Shown one piece after another: positions 26,501 through 38,498 of a stretch of 64,000 nt of DNA; position 1 is the first letter of the stretch, and every line of letters begins with the position of its first letter. The DNA comes from Azolla caroliniana (Eukaryota; Plantae; Polypodiophyta), in the NCBI GenBank assembly GCA_043228905.1, contig JBHGNT010000010.1, positions 8,866,001-8,930,000 of the forward strand. The letters run 5' to 3'. Below the pieces are notes generated by a model that had not been told where the DNA came from, did not search any database, and saw only the letters and a list, made by a program, of their open reading frames with translations. Both the position numbers and the translations under genes were made by a program.

Positions 26501-29500
26501 ATCGACCTTCCCATGAAATTCGATGGAACGTGATTGTAGTTTAGAGGATTCCTTAATCAGGTACGATTAGTCATTCAAATGCATCCTTCTCGATATCCCA
26601 CCCATGCATCACGAGTGGGACTAGTAGGCACTCTACTTAGTGGCATGGCTTTGGCATGGTTTGCCCCCCTGTTAGAAAAAAGCTCTCCCTTGTTAAATAA
26701 TTTCGAAGAGTTGATTACCGAGTTTAAAGCCTGTTTTCGAGATACCGACAGTGTTAGAACAACAATCAACAAAATCCGAAGATTGCGCCAAGGTGAGCGG
26801 CCGACCTCGGCCTATGCTGCGGATTTCCGTCTTCTTGCCACCAATATTCCCTGGGATGACCAGGCACTAATGGAGCAATTTCGTTTTGGCCTACGTAATG
26901 ATGTTAAATATTTACTCTTAACTTTCCCCGAGGAGCCAAAGTCATTGACAGAAGCAATCAGTCGTGCGGTGCGATGCGATAATCGCCTCTTCGAACGACG
27001 TTCAAAATGTCAGTTCCAAATGCCACGAACAAGATCAAAGCCCACCTACGCTTCAATCATAGCAAAGCCTTTCCCAAGGGAGTCATTCAATACGTCTCCA
27101 ACAAATACTCCAACTCCAATGGAAATCGACACCACACGTTGTCGCGGACCACTATGAGAAGAAGAAAAGCAACGATGCAGGGTAAATCGATTATGTCTTT
27201 ATTGCGGTGGACCGAGGCATATTGCAATGAACTGCCCCCATCGGCCGGAAAGGCAGGTAAATCAAATAACCGCTAGTACTAATAGTACGAAACCCGAGTC
27301 TATTTCTCTAGGTGTGTCTAATAGTCCTAATAGCCCAAGCCTTTCAAACAAATTTGAAATCCTTAGTCAACTAGAAGAAGAGTTAAACGATTAAGTCCAG
27401 CCAAAATAGGAGCCATTTGGTTGGACAACCCTAGATCTGTGCAACCCATTAGTGGTTCCATTTCCTCTAAGCAAGTTAGCAATGTGTTCTTAGCTCAAGT
27501 AATGGTTAGTACTAAAAGTACTCCTCCAATACATGTCTTAGCGCTCTTAGATTCCGGAGCCAACTCTTTCTTCATGGATAGGAATTTTGCCCAAGCTCAT
27601 CAGATATCCCTAAAGAAACTCCCATGTCCAGCCTTTGTAGTAGTCATTGATGGTCGTCCCATTTCTTCTGGGAATATTATAGAAGAGTCAAAACCCATTA
27701 ATATTTTCCTAGATAACTTAGCGTGTGTAATATTATTTAATATAATTAGTATCCCAAAACATCCCATTGTTTTGGGATTACTAGGGTTCAAATTACATAA
27801 CCCAACCATAGATTGGAGAACAAGAGAAATAAGGTGTCGACAAACTCGAGGATCTATTCATAAGATTGCAACCATTTCGCTACATCAGTTGCGTGAGGAA
27901 GGACACAAGGAAGAAATGTTTCTCTTCGCAATATCAGTAAACCCCTTTAGTATCAATAAAGAGGAGTCCACCGTTCAACTTCCAGAGAAGTATCATCCGC
28001 ATACAATCTCAAGGCGAACAAGAAGGTTGAGCGCGGGCAAGGTTCGATTGTGAAGGCGATTGTGGGAGCATGTGACGGACAAGTTGGAAATTGACCGTGA
28101 CTCCTACCATATGCATTGTGGGCCAACCGAACTACATACAGTTCGGTAACAGAGTACATGCTGACCGAGCTAATGTTCAGGCAGAAGCCGATCATACCGG
28201 TAGAAGGACCATTACTTCATGGATGGCAATCGACTGGATGAATGAAATGAGTCAGGAGGAGTTGTTAGCCGTGCGGATTTAGCAACTCTAGAGGCAGTCA
28301 GAGGATGTGGAGCAAGCGAGGGTGAAGGTGAATGAGGCGCGGATGAAGAACAAGGGACGGTTAGACCAGTTGCACCGACTGTAGCCGAAGAAGATAGAGG
28401 AAGGCGACTGGGTGTTGGTCTACGATAGTAACCTCGACAACCAACACCGGTCGGTATGAAAGTTTGCAAGAAAATGGTTCAGACCGTATGTGGTGATCAT
28501 CGCCAATGACAATGCCATGTACCACCTTGCAGAGCTCGATGGGACAAGGATGGTTGTACCGGTTGCGGGGAAGCGGATCAAGGTCTTCAAGAAGTGACAG
28601 GAGGCAAAACTGGACCTGGAGGTGGAGGATGAAAACGTGGTCGAGGAACCTGATGAGGACCAAATTGGCGATGGATCGGGGGAGGAAGAGTATGGATCAG
28701 TCAAAATCTCCACAACTTCATTATTTGGCACATACTAGAGGATGTGAGGTTTAGTGGGGGTGGATGTCATGGGGGATTTCGGCCAATAAGAGAAAAACTT
28801 TGTGAACACGTGTGAACAAGAGGGTGGACGGATGCACATGAAAAGGGCCTTGTGTATAAACATTTGTAAATATCGAAGTAATAATAAGTACAAGACAAAA
28901 TATTTTAATGGGTTCTTTATCATCCCACAAAAAAGGGGAATAATGGTAAGTGAGGGGAGGAAATTGAGGGGAGGATCTCTGACAAAAAAACAGTTGTGAT
29001 AACAATCTGATGTAACGTCGACCTTCCCTCTCCTTGGAGCTATAAAAGGGAGGGAAGGCGACTATTGGAGGGATCAGTCGTTTTGAAGGGGGAGGTGTTG
29101 TTGGTTTGCGATCTTGAGTGTTTAGGGTTTTTGCCGTGTGCATTCGTTTGGGTAGGGTGAGACCTTTGCTCATGTAGAAAGCCCATGTGCTCCCGACCAG
29201 AGGCTCATTAGTCCATGTGTGTCTGTTGAGTTCAAAACTCTACTAACTAGCTAGGGGGGCATCTCTTGTATTCTCTTTCTATCTTTAATTGATTATTTGA
29301 TATTGTTGTTTCCGGGGCTCTCCCTATGTGGTGTCAATGTTTGAATCTTGTCTGTGGTGTTTGCGAGGGTATCGCTCTTCTCTCTCTTGTTCTGCATTTA
29401 CTCATTGTGTCAGAGATCTCGCGTGCTCATATTCCGGAATCCGGGGACAAGGCCGGATCAAATACAGTTCTACGAGCCCGTGTGCTCACTACACATACTT

Positions 29501-32500
29501 TGGTAACTAGTTCGGATCAATCGCAACAATCCTCCACTATGGCTCATTCTTAAGCTCCTTGGTTCGAGACCTCGGTGGTCCCACCTGAGCCGACCCACTA
29601 GCTATGGACTTCTGCGACAATGTCATCTACAAATGAGGCGTGGACATTGTGCAAAAGCAATGAAGGATAATGGTGTATGTCAAATGGCAGGCGGTGACAA
29701 GTGACAATAGAGGTGTTGTGTCGGTGATGGCAACGGTAGACGGCAACACACAACGATGACTATCAATGACGATGATGAGAAACGAGAACAACAACACAGT
29801 AAAAGATAGCGGGTGGTGACAATGATCGAGCTTAGAATCTAGGGCTCGAAGGCTGGATCAAAGGGAGGAGCCTTTGACTTGACGATTGCCTAGAGTCGAA
29901 GGCTCCCCTTTGTGACAAATTATAATGTTAGCCTTCATTTGGGCCAGGAGAGTATTGAAAAATTATGTTTTTGGGTTTCTTTGTCAAGCATCATGTATGG
30001 ACATCGTCCTTGGACAACATAAGAGGTTCCACTCCACACATCTGAAACTTTATGTAGAGCAGTTAGGTAGCAAATAGATTAAAAGATAGAGATATTAGAT
30101 TTAGTGGAGCTTTGAGAGGAGTTCCTCGAGTTTCGATTTAGAGAATCATTGAGACGACTTCGTTGCCTTTTGTCGTCAATTTCCTTGAATCTGCTTGATT
30201 CACGATCACAATCGCCTAGTGTAAGCTCTTGGTAATTAAGCTATATCTTTTGTTGTCTTTGACTTTGTCTTGTTTCATGTCCTTTTTACAATAGTTGTGC
30301 CCTATCTTTCAACCTTTTATATATCTTTATTCTAAGTCATTTCCTCATGTGCATTCCCAACATCACGACATCCACAACCATAGAACTTGCACATCCTCCA
30401 ATATGTACCAATTCTAGTAAGGGCAAAGAAATCACTCTTCACTTTCATTTCTTCCCGCGTTCAATTCTTCATCTTTCTCGTTGACATCAAAACCCTCAAA
30501 GCTTGGTTCTTTGTCATGCATTTCTTGAAGATCATGAATCTCTTCCTTGCTATCCGTACCACCAACTTCGTCCCATCTAATTCACTAAGGTGGTACTTAG
30601 CATGGTCATTCACTCCAATTACCATGTACGACCCAAACCATTGCCATGAAAACTTCCTCCTCAAGCTATGTTTGTGGTCCAGGTTATTGTCATAAACAAT
30701 GACTAATCCCCTTCTTCAATCTTCTTTGCATGTAGTTATAGTACTCAATCAAACCTTCCTTTATTTAGGTCTCTATCTTCCTTCAATTTGTTCAATGCCA
30801 ACTTTAAGTCCTTTCGCCATCTTTCAAGTTCTTTTATTCACACCGCCAAGAGTTCCTCTACTCATTCCAATATCTCATGGCATTGCCACCCATGATGTGA
30901 TCGACTCTTCAATACACATTAAAGGCTTTTGCCCATACATGATCTCGACTAGCATAAATCTTGTCACAAAACACGGGTGGTCCTATCTTCCCACAAAATG
31001 TAAAAACAAGTCAACATCAATCTTCTAAGAATTGTCATATCTCTTGGGCTATGTACTCGTTCTATCTTCCCATTCACCTCTAGGTTGTATGCAGTTGTAA
31101 GGGAGAGTTGAACTCTCAACCGGTCAAAAAATTCCCCAGCTTCATTGAAATTCAATTCTCCTCAATCCGTTATTATCTTCCCTACAAGGTACTTCATCTT
31201 ATCCACTCCTGTTGGCATAGCCACCAAGTCCACCATCCATTTAAAATTAACAACCAATGGGTAAGTTGGATGTAATTAATCTATATGTCGCATACTTGTC
31301 AAGTGCATTTGGCAACTTTCGCATGTTTCAACAAAGTTTGCAATGTCTAATTGTACATTCCCAACCAATTGTACTTCTCTTTTTATTTTGAGAAAGAGCA
31401 TATGTGATATTCAGATACCAAAGTTCTCTGGTATTCCTTTTTATAAACTACTCTCATAAGTGTGCTTGTCCTCTTCTTGGGTGGTTCAAACATTGTCCTC
31501 CTTGTAAGAAGTATTTGTATGCCTTCATTTGAATCCTTGAAGCCTCTTCTTTTGTCCACGATGGATTGCCACTAATATGCTCAAGATTTCTCTTATGAGA
31601 AACCACTCCTCGTCATATTCATCTTCCTTAAATGCAAAAGAGGTTCCTACACCATTCCTCTTAGCAGTTGTAGGAGCCAGCTTAAAGAAGTTAAATTCCT
31701 CTACGTCATCCACCAACAACTCAATTTCTTCATGGTATCTGGCTCTAGATAACATATCTTCCATAACATTATCCATCTATACCACATGTCCCATTTTTAG
31801 GTTAAGTGATTTAATATACACTATCTATCACAACATAGCTATATCTAACATCAACCACCCGGAAATCATTCCTATGATCGAACAACAATTTGTTTCAATG
31901 AAAACTTCTATTTTAATTAGGTAGTCTTGGTCCACCTTGTTGACGACACAATTCCCTGTAGCTCTTTTTTCACTTGGGCATCCTTCCTTTGTCTTTCACT
32001 TCAAACGTTTTCTCTGAATCGGATGGTGTATTGAACTCCATTTTCACACCCTTGGTTAATGACCCTTCCAATGCTAGCTGAACTTGCATCCACTATAATA
32101 TAGGTGATCCATATGCGTAGATTAGTTTCCTTGGTGTAGGTACTATTAGCAAAAGTCCTTTTGAGTCTCTTCGTAGCTTCAATGTGTACATATTCCCATT
32201 TGAATTTCTTTAACTTTTCAAGCAACCCATACAAATGTTTCAATATAGACTCCAAATGTGGCAAAATGCACATGCTCCCAAGAATCATCCTCATTTAGTT
32301 TGCGATTCACATTCCTCTTTCATTTCTTGCATGGCATCTACATTTCCCAAATAGGGCTTCCAACAATATGGCCCATAGAGATTTCCAACCACCAATATTT
32401 CCCATTCCCCAAACTCCAATTTCTCTCCAGAGAATGTTAAGCCTCAACTTTAATCTTTGTAATACCTTCTCATGATCTTTGATATTGTGGTGTGCATGTG

Positions 32501-35500
32501 TTCCTTTGTGCCACCCTTTTGGCACACCCTTTTTAGCAAGCATGTAGCTAAGCCAACCCACCCTTTTGGCACACCCTTTTTAGCACGCATGTAGCTAACC
32601 CAACCCAAATGGTTATCTTTGTATAGATTATACTTTGAGCAAGAAGTAAGAAGCTAAGCATGCTGGTTTTGATCTCTTATGTGCATTTCACATATTTTGA
32701 TCCCAGGTTTTGTGGCATGGATCAATGTAAGTGGAAATCTCCTTCTTGAGGGTAGACTTGTTGAGACGTTCGGTGAGGCCATTTGTCTAAGGATGGTATG
32801 GGGACGTAAACACTTGTTGGACACCTAGTTGAGCTGCAACGACGTTAAGGACATCCCCCTGGAACTGGCGGCCCTGATCAGATAATAGTTGGATGGGGCT
32901 GGTGATAGAAAACGAGCTAGCAATTGATAGATAGAGATCAATCGCTCCTATGGAGTGAGGGCCACCTGGACTTGGCTAAGGTGGGGGATAGGAGGGTTAT
33001 CGTGTAGGAGGGGGATCAGGGGAGCTCGTGGGACAAGAAGTTGGTGGGCAATGAAATCAATTATAGCGCGACACTTGAGGAACCAACCACAACCTAAGGT
33101 GAGGGGGAAGAGTTGGTGGGACAAGACATAAAAGTGGTGTAAGAATGTGAGATTGCCTAAGGTGAAGGTGCCACAAGCTTGCGTGCGAGAGTGGTATAGA
33201 TGTTGGTGATCGCCAAAAAGGACTTGGATGGAGGGAGCGGTGGATGGAGGGAGGCCTAATTGGTGAACTAAGGCGGTGCTAATGGAAGAGATACTATTAC
33301 TAGAGTCTAGTAACAAGATGGTGTGGGTGGAGTGATTGATAGTGTGGGTGGAGTGATTGAAGAGGCGAATGCTTGGACATGGGGGGTTGACTCTTCCATC
33401 AGCACCCCAAAGGTTAGCTTTAAGAGCTTATTTGAAGCATAGCATTGGAGAGGACTTGCAAGAGTTTCTCCATTTTGAAGTGGGGTGGCCGCTCATGAGG
33501 TTGTAGGAACTCAGGCTGCATAGGGGTATCAGATTCAGGGGCGATGGGAGGGAGGAGTTGGGACACCATGAACAAGGTGTTAGCAGCTAAAATTTTACCC
33601 TACATCTCCACCAAGATGTGAAATGCACATAAGAGATCAAAACCAGCCTGCTTAGCTTCATACTTCTTGCTCGCATTATAGTCGTCGATACAAAGATACC
33701 CATTTGGGTTGGTTTAGCTACATGTGTGTTAAAAAGGGTGGGTTGGCTTAGCTACATGCATGCTAAAAAGGGTGTGCCAAAAGGGTGGCACAAAGGAACA
33801 TATGCACACCACAATATGGTCTGAAACAAAGTGCCTACACCCCTTTTGTTCTATGGTTTCATCATTTTTGGACTCCAAACATCCTTTCATAGTAGCATCA
33901 TCTAGGAAAGGAATCATGCTATCTAGAATGCAGTCTCGTAGTACATTGGATTCATGATATGAGCCACCGAGTTAGTTTCCCCTTGCAGAAGTGTTTCATT
34001 CTCTCTAAATCATCCATTAGTTTCTTGATTCCTCCGTGACTAAATTCGTGCTTAAGGGTCACCTTCTCTGTAAGGAATTAATTCGATTATCGACAAAGTA
34101 CCTAATATTTTGCCACTGAGTGCTTTGGAAGTTTGATTAGCCCCTTCTTTAATCATCTAAGGAATCATACTAGGTACATCTTTGAGCCAAGTCAAGTCGA
34201 CTATTCAAGAAGTTCTGTCATTCATCTCTTCAAGCTTGAGCCATTTGAAGATTTGGATCATGTTGGCCAATTCATCAATTATTGTGCCTCCAATTGACCC
34301 TTCAACCACCTCATTTCTTGATCTTGTTGCCATTGGGGGAGTATTTATTTCACCATGTACCCTTCATTTATATGGGGCTACCATGGACAAAGTTGGTTCA
34401 TTATCCCATTGATAATGCTTATTGAAACACCCACAAGCTCTCTTCACTGCGCCCTAGTCCATAATAAGCCCGTCTTCATTGTCCAGGAGAAGTCCAAGGT
34501 CTCTTCTATCTTTGATATCCACTTGTTTTTAAAATAAAAACACCTACTTAAGTCCAATATAGTTTTCTTGAGTGCAAATAATCGATTGAACTTTCATTCG
34601 AACTCTTGAAGTGTAGTGCAGACACTCAACGATTTATTACGAGGTTTGACCTTAGTCCATTAGATCCTTCTTTGTTATTTGGGAAAAATCATCAAGGCTA
34701 TACTCCTTGAGCATAATCCTCTCCAAGATTTTCCAATTTGCGCTTGCTCCTTGTATCTCGAGAAATTGAGGGTGGAGGTTTAACAACACTACCCTAGAAA
34801 AGTTTGATAACTTTCTTGCTTTTGGTATGTCCCTCACTCGCATCTCCCCTTTGTAAGTTGCGATATATTAGGACAAAGCTTGTTGAGAAGCAAGCTCAAC
34901 ATGGGCTGGATCGGTTGAATAAGTCGAGATCCGGATTGGATGAAGACTGACTGGCTAGGCCCAGATTGACTGAAGAAGCCGTAGAGCTGACAGGTTGTTA
35001 GAGGCCTACACCCGTATTTTAATAGGTACGAATAGCTTTAGGAGTTAGTGTCAGATGCTCTTATCTTAGCATTAAAGTACCGTCAGTACTTGTGTCAGCC
35101 TGTTGTCAGGGCTTGTATAAAAGTTCTCATTGAGCACAATCATGTGTACAGAATGTTTGATTATTTTGAATTGAAGTTTTTTCTTATGCTCTCCCGTTCT
35201 CTCCCCCCCGCTCCTACATATTGTAAACCTACCTTTGTGTGTTTTCTTAAGTTCTATTTTCTGTTGTCCGATTGAAGCCGGTTATATTCGGTGTCTATTT
35301 GTTTAAGCTTCCGCATCACTCCGTTTACAAAGCTTTTGCGTCGAAATGGTCATTCATATCCCCATTCTTTTCAATGGCTTTTGGGAGACCTGTCATGTTG
35401 ACTCTTTTCCAACACATATGATCCATCATCATGGTCATCATCCAAGCAAAATCTTCAAACCGTGCACTCACCATCCTCCCTTGCCACTCATTTCATGTCG

Positions 35501-37907
35501 AATCCACCAAATATGTCACAAAGATACACATGTGCATATAAAAACATGTTTGGGCCCAGTGTGGGACCCGAAAGCCCAAAAAAATTCATTTCCTTAAATC
35601 TCTAGTGTGGTTGAAAGATTTCAGGCACATGTATATGTGATTGCGTATAAATAAAATTGTGTATATACATATATATTAGCATATATGTGAGCATTGATTG
35701 ACATATTCGCATTCATCAGGTTTCCCATTCGAATGCAAACGAATACGAATACGAATAGGGAGGCCAAAAAGTTTTTCTCTTTTTTAGGGGGCCAAAAAGT
35801 TTCTTTTTTCTTTTTTTTTGTGGGGGGGGGGGGGGCAAATAGCCAAAATGGGGGGGCAAATAGCCCATTCCTATTTTTATTTTGACATTAAAAATAGTAC
35901 TTCAAACTAATCATATCTTCAAAGTTCATACTAATCATATTTGTATAATAAATATAAAAATATTCGATTTTTAAAAATTAATTAATTAATCGATTAATTA
36001 AAATAAGTTTTATAAACTCTCTTGACACTATAATCTATTAATGAATAATTGTTCTTTTTTTGGTGAAATAAATTTATTTAAATCAATAAATAAATATTTT
36101 ATATTGATTTTGGAAAATGAATGGTTTTTTAATATTCTTGGGGCCATTTTGTATTCTCGAATATTCTCGAATATTGCACATGGAGAATATCATACATGTG
36201 TCAATATATGTATGTGAGTATTTATGGGTGTATGTGTATATAAGTGCATGACCTCAATTGTTCGCATGAATTTGGATATATGTAGATGTGAGTAAAGAAA
36301 TGTGAATATGTGAATGTCTATTTATTGTGTGTAAGTGAATGTATTAGAGTAGGCATAAGTGTAAGTGTAGGGGTATTTTCGTAGTAATTGAAATGTGTAG
36401 GTAAACATTTATGTTTTTAAATATGTTTGAACAAATGTGGGTTTGTGTAGGAAAGTGTATGTTTATGGGTTGTCATGATGTGAATGTATGTGTATAAAAA
36501 TTTAAGTATTGAGAGGATGTGTATACATACATATATGTTTTTAAGTATATATGTGTTTTGAGTATCGCCTAGAGCATGGTTCTTGGAAGTCTACATAAGC
36601 GTGTGTTGCTTTCATGTGTTCCCATAGTTGCACAATCTTGGTCTTGCCAAAGTTCAATAGAAATTTCTTTCCTCACAAAATGCAAATAAAAGCATCTAGA
36701 TACTTTTGTTGGCCCTTGGAGAGAGAGTTTGAGACAAGATAGTAGCACATTTATATGACTTGCATTAGATCCACCCAATCTAGTTATGTAAACACTAAAT
36801 CTCAATGATGTAAAGCCCAACAATAGTGGGTATTCAGGAGCATGCTTATTTTCACCCTATGGTACTAGCTTATTAACTCAACTCGATAGAAAAAATGATC
36901 CATATAACTAGGCCTATCATGATAACTATATTGTTATATGAAAGTACATAATGGGATCCCTACTCTTAGAAATTAGTACAATAGTGTGTTCACCACAGGT
37001 AACCCCTCACATACAGATTAATTGAACATATGCACTAGAAGAGGAGCAAAAGTATGTGTGCCTACATAAAATGCTCTCCTATAAAGACATGATTGTCTTG
37101 GGTTTTCCCATTCTTGAGGCTTTCAATAGGGTTAATCATCATCCCCATTGAAAAAATGTAGAGAAAATTGGTCATGTAGCACTCACTATCGATATCCTTC
37201 AGCCATTCTTTGATTTCATCAAAAGACACAAGAACTAGAATCGTTGTTCATGATGTTTGACCCATGAATACATATGTTATATTTTTAATATGCCATTCTT
37301 CTAATTCATCATTAGGTATCACCTCACATACTGACAATCCATTTGTGGGTATCGAGCCTTTCATCGAAAACACAAAAAAATGATGGAGTTAGCCTTATGT
37401 GAATGTCAGTCTTCTAATTTATCTTTAGGCCCCACATTATGAAAGTCAATCACGGCGCTTATACTAGTAATTAAAATTAGCGCACATCAAAGATAATGTG
37501 CACAATTTCTTAATGGTGAGCAAAGAGAGAGAGAGATATACATACATAACATTTTTCTGTGTGAGAAATCATGGGTGAGGGAGGAGATACGAACCTAGTA
37601 TAAAACGGGATGCCTTCCAGCCACCAGTAGCGGATTTGATGGCAGGCTTTCCATGTCTATCCGCAGAACCGTCTTCCGCATAGATACAGGCCTCCTTCTT
37701 CTCTTTATATCCCTCCAGTAGATGTGCCTGGAATATGTCCACAGAAAAACCAAAAACCAAAAACCAAAAACCAAAGCACAGATCAGAGTCAAGCAGGCTA
37801 TGATTTTACTATTGCGATGGATGGATGGATGTGAATTGAGGAGGGATGGATAGGGAAAGCAGGGGATGTACTGTTGCATCTGCGGTGAGAAGAGGATGGG
37901 CGGCCAT
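13311..37907 (-). CDS. NRT1/PTR family (NPF, NPF8/PTR-like) proton-dependent oligopeptide/nitrate transporter, 5 exons, 572 aa
   Basis: Exons 37872-37907, 37595-37727, 15334-15551, 14742-15253 and 13311-14130. All introns are GT-AG with compatible phases, giving 1719 nt with no internal stop. Motifs: TGGWKA, GAFLAD, FGADQFD, FFNWF, GGSPLT, LDKAA, LCTVTQVEELK, WQIPQY, LEFFYDQSPD, WIPDNLN. Confidence 0.9.
14742..15253 (-). CDS. NPF exon 4
   Basis: cag|GMSLLTLSAS...IKPCVYSFGADQFD...LEHTDVL at|gtaagt. Confidence 0.93.
15334..15551 (-). CDS. NPF exon 3
   Basis: tag|(A)HESCEWFAYSGISMNLVTY...GAFLADEYLGRYWTI...YFV|gtaagc; the phase-1 start matches the end of exon 2. Confidence 0.92.
16808..21860 (+). 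mobile_element. Near-intact Ty1/copia retrotransposon with an internally deleted 5' LTR
   Basis: TSD AGTAT at 16803-16807 and 21861-21865; 5' LTR only 66 bp (16808-16873); PBS tggtatcagagc 16876-16887; PPT ~20915-20925; 3' LTR 20928-21860 (933 bp). Confidence 0.95.
16919..20911 (+). pseudogene. Copia gag-pol polyprotein with one in-frame stop
   Basis: A single frame from MDESLGG through CRYCGGPNHYERDC, IIDSGAS, integrase, RT LYVDDM and RNase H. The only visible disruption is TAA 19784-19786 (LVCK*NKSLYG). Confidence 0.93.
22027..22210. mobile_element. MITE-like insertion with (GGTTC)n repeats
   Basis: Flanked by the direct repeat CATGGCTC at 22019-22026 and 22211-22218 (extendable to 12 bp); interrupts the RT remnant; terminal inverted repeats are weak. 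Confidence 0.55.
22281..23783. repeat. AT-rich repeat, inverted homolog of 35514-36400
   Basis: Once the hAT insertion is removed, the blocks tttactcacatctacatatat, caattgaggtcatgcact and gtatctt-gtgaca match the reverse complement of 35514-36400. Confidence 0.7.
22396..23451. mobile_element. Non-autonomous hAT-like DNA transposon
   Basis: Termini CATAGAA...TTCTATG with subterminal ATTCG/CGAAT motifs. 8-bp TSD CATATATA at 22388-22395 and 23452-23459; an 8-bp TSD is characteristic of hAT. Confidence 0.8.
25767..27995 (+). mobile_element. Nested, truncated gypsy element: PEG10-like gag plus protease
   Basis: Gag 26252-27394 (EPKIDLPMKFDG, LRQGERPTSAYAADFR, CLYCGGPRHIAMNC; internal stops). Protease ALLDSGA...IVLG in the -1 frame. 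Putative LTR ~25767-25965. Confidence 0.8.
27382..27426 (+). promoter_or_regulatory. Putative -1 ribosomal frameshift signal (slippery heptamer + stem-loop)
   Basis: G TTA AAC in the gag frame, 6-nt spacer, 11-bp stem gtccagccaaa/tttggttggac. The -1 frame is open into the protease. Confidence 0.7.
32486..33813 (-). mobile_element. Gypsy-derived element with inverted ~200-bp LTRs
   Basis: 32486-32692 is the approximate reverse complement of 33617-33813; TSD ATAT at 32482-32485 and 33814-33817; PBS-like tggtggagatgtaggg at 33598-33613 (minus); retropepsin-like (LLDSS...LTLG) and integrase (SDQGRQF...TSPYHP*TNGLTERLN) remnants. Confidence 0.85.
34881..35329 (+). mobile_element. Solo LTR (copia family related to the LTR at 58881-59273)
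   Basis: TGTTGAG...TTACA with TSD AAGCT at 34876-34880 and 35330-35334. Confidence 0.88.
35514..36560. repeat. AT-rich repeat with an ATTCG/CGAAT-rich insertion at ~35692-36182
   Basis: Inverted homology to 22281-23783 and direct homology of ~36400-36520 to ~23855-23950. Confidence 0.6.
37595..37727 (-). CDS. NPF exon 2
   Basis: cag|AHLLEG...YAEDGSADRHGKPAIKSATGGWKASRFIL g|gt, a typical NPF N-terminus. Confidence 0.88.
37872..37907 (-). CDS. NPF exon 1 (MAAHPLLTADAT)
   Basis: gccgccATGgcc start context; GT donor in phase 0 matching the next exon. Short, so less certain than the other exons. Confidence 0.65.
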
Positions 37908-38401
37908 GGCGGCAGGTCTGCAGCGATCGAGCAGAAGAGTATGTATGCAGACTGATGTGTGTTTATGTCTCTTTTTGTTTTTTTTTAATCTATTTTGGAG
38001 CCAAATAAAGGTAGCATGAAAAGGAAACAGAAACCAATGTCATCATCAACAACAAAAGCCAATAAAGATAGAAATTATTGGTACCCTCCTATAGCATCAA
38101 TGAATGGAGAAATATGTAGCATTTTCAAATATGATTGCCTCTGGATGCACATATATGTAATGTGTCCAAGCAAGGAATGGACTTGTCACACAACCTTGCA
38201 ATGTTCCGAACATTGTATGTATTTCGCCTAGTTGAAGAAATTTCTGAACTCATCTAGAACTTTGGATTCTTTTGGCTATGGTTGTTTCAGCAAAAGGTAA
38301 TTTGCAAACAAAATCTAGAAAATGAGCTTTCCTTTGAGATGAAGGTTGACAAAATCAGAAACTTGTACATGCTGCTAAGTGTTTTAGATGGAGGGGTATG
38401 A

Positions 38402-38498
38402 ACTGCTCAAATTTGAACCTAGAATTGACGATATTGAATTGTAGCATAGACTGCTCATATTGAACCTAGAATTGACAATATTGATTTGTAGCAGATAC
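38402..38498. repeat. Tandem ~49-bp duplication upstream of the NPF start
   Basis: actgctca-a-ttgaacctagaattgac-atattga-ttgtagca appears twice. Confidence 0.75.

Larger units (their letters stand above)
24479..29619 (+). mobile_element. Ty3/gypsy element with paired LTRs and a deleted/chimeric interior
   Basis: LTRs 24479-25337 and 28765-29619 (TG..CA); probable 4-bp TSD ACGT/ATGT; gag start 25380-25750; integrase C-terminus ~28000-28700; PPT agtgggggtgga. Confidence 0.85.
29982..35500 (-). mobile_element. Heavily degraded gypsy element, same lineage as 24479-29619, carrying two insertions
   Basis: Putative 3' LTR ~29982-30370; integrase (TTAYNLEVNGKIER), RNase H (IIVDAS), RT (IPFLDD) and gag (MRVRDIP) fragments. 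Confidence 0.7.

Noticed and set aside
27406-27433. Pseudoknot from loop TAGG pairing with downstream CCTA
   Set aside because: Only 4 bp, and a ~3-nt linker is too short to span an 11-bp stem. Kept as a simple hairpin.
36570-37400. Possible degraded copia fragment near NPF exon 2
   Set aside because: Motifs are too eroded to support a call by eye.
15552-37594. Antisense orientation bias of intronic TEs
   Set aside because: Both orientations are present and there are too few elements to test.
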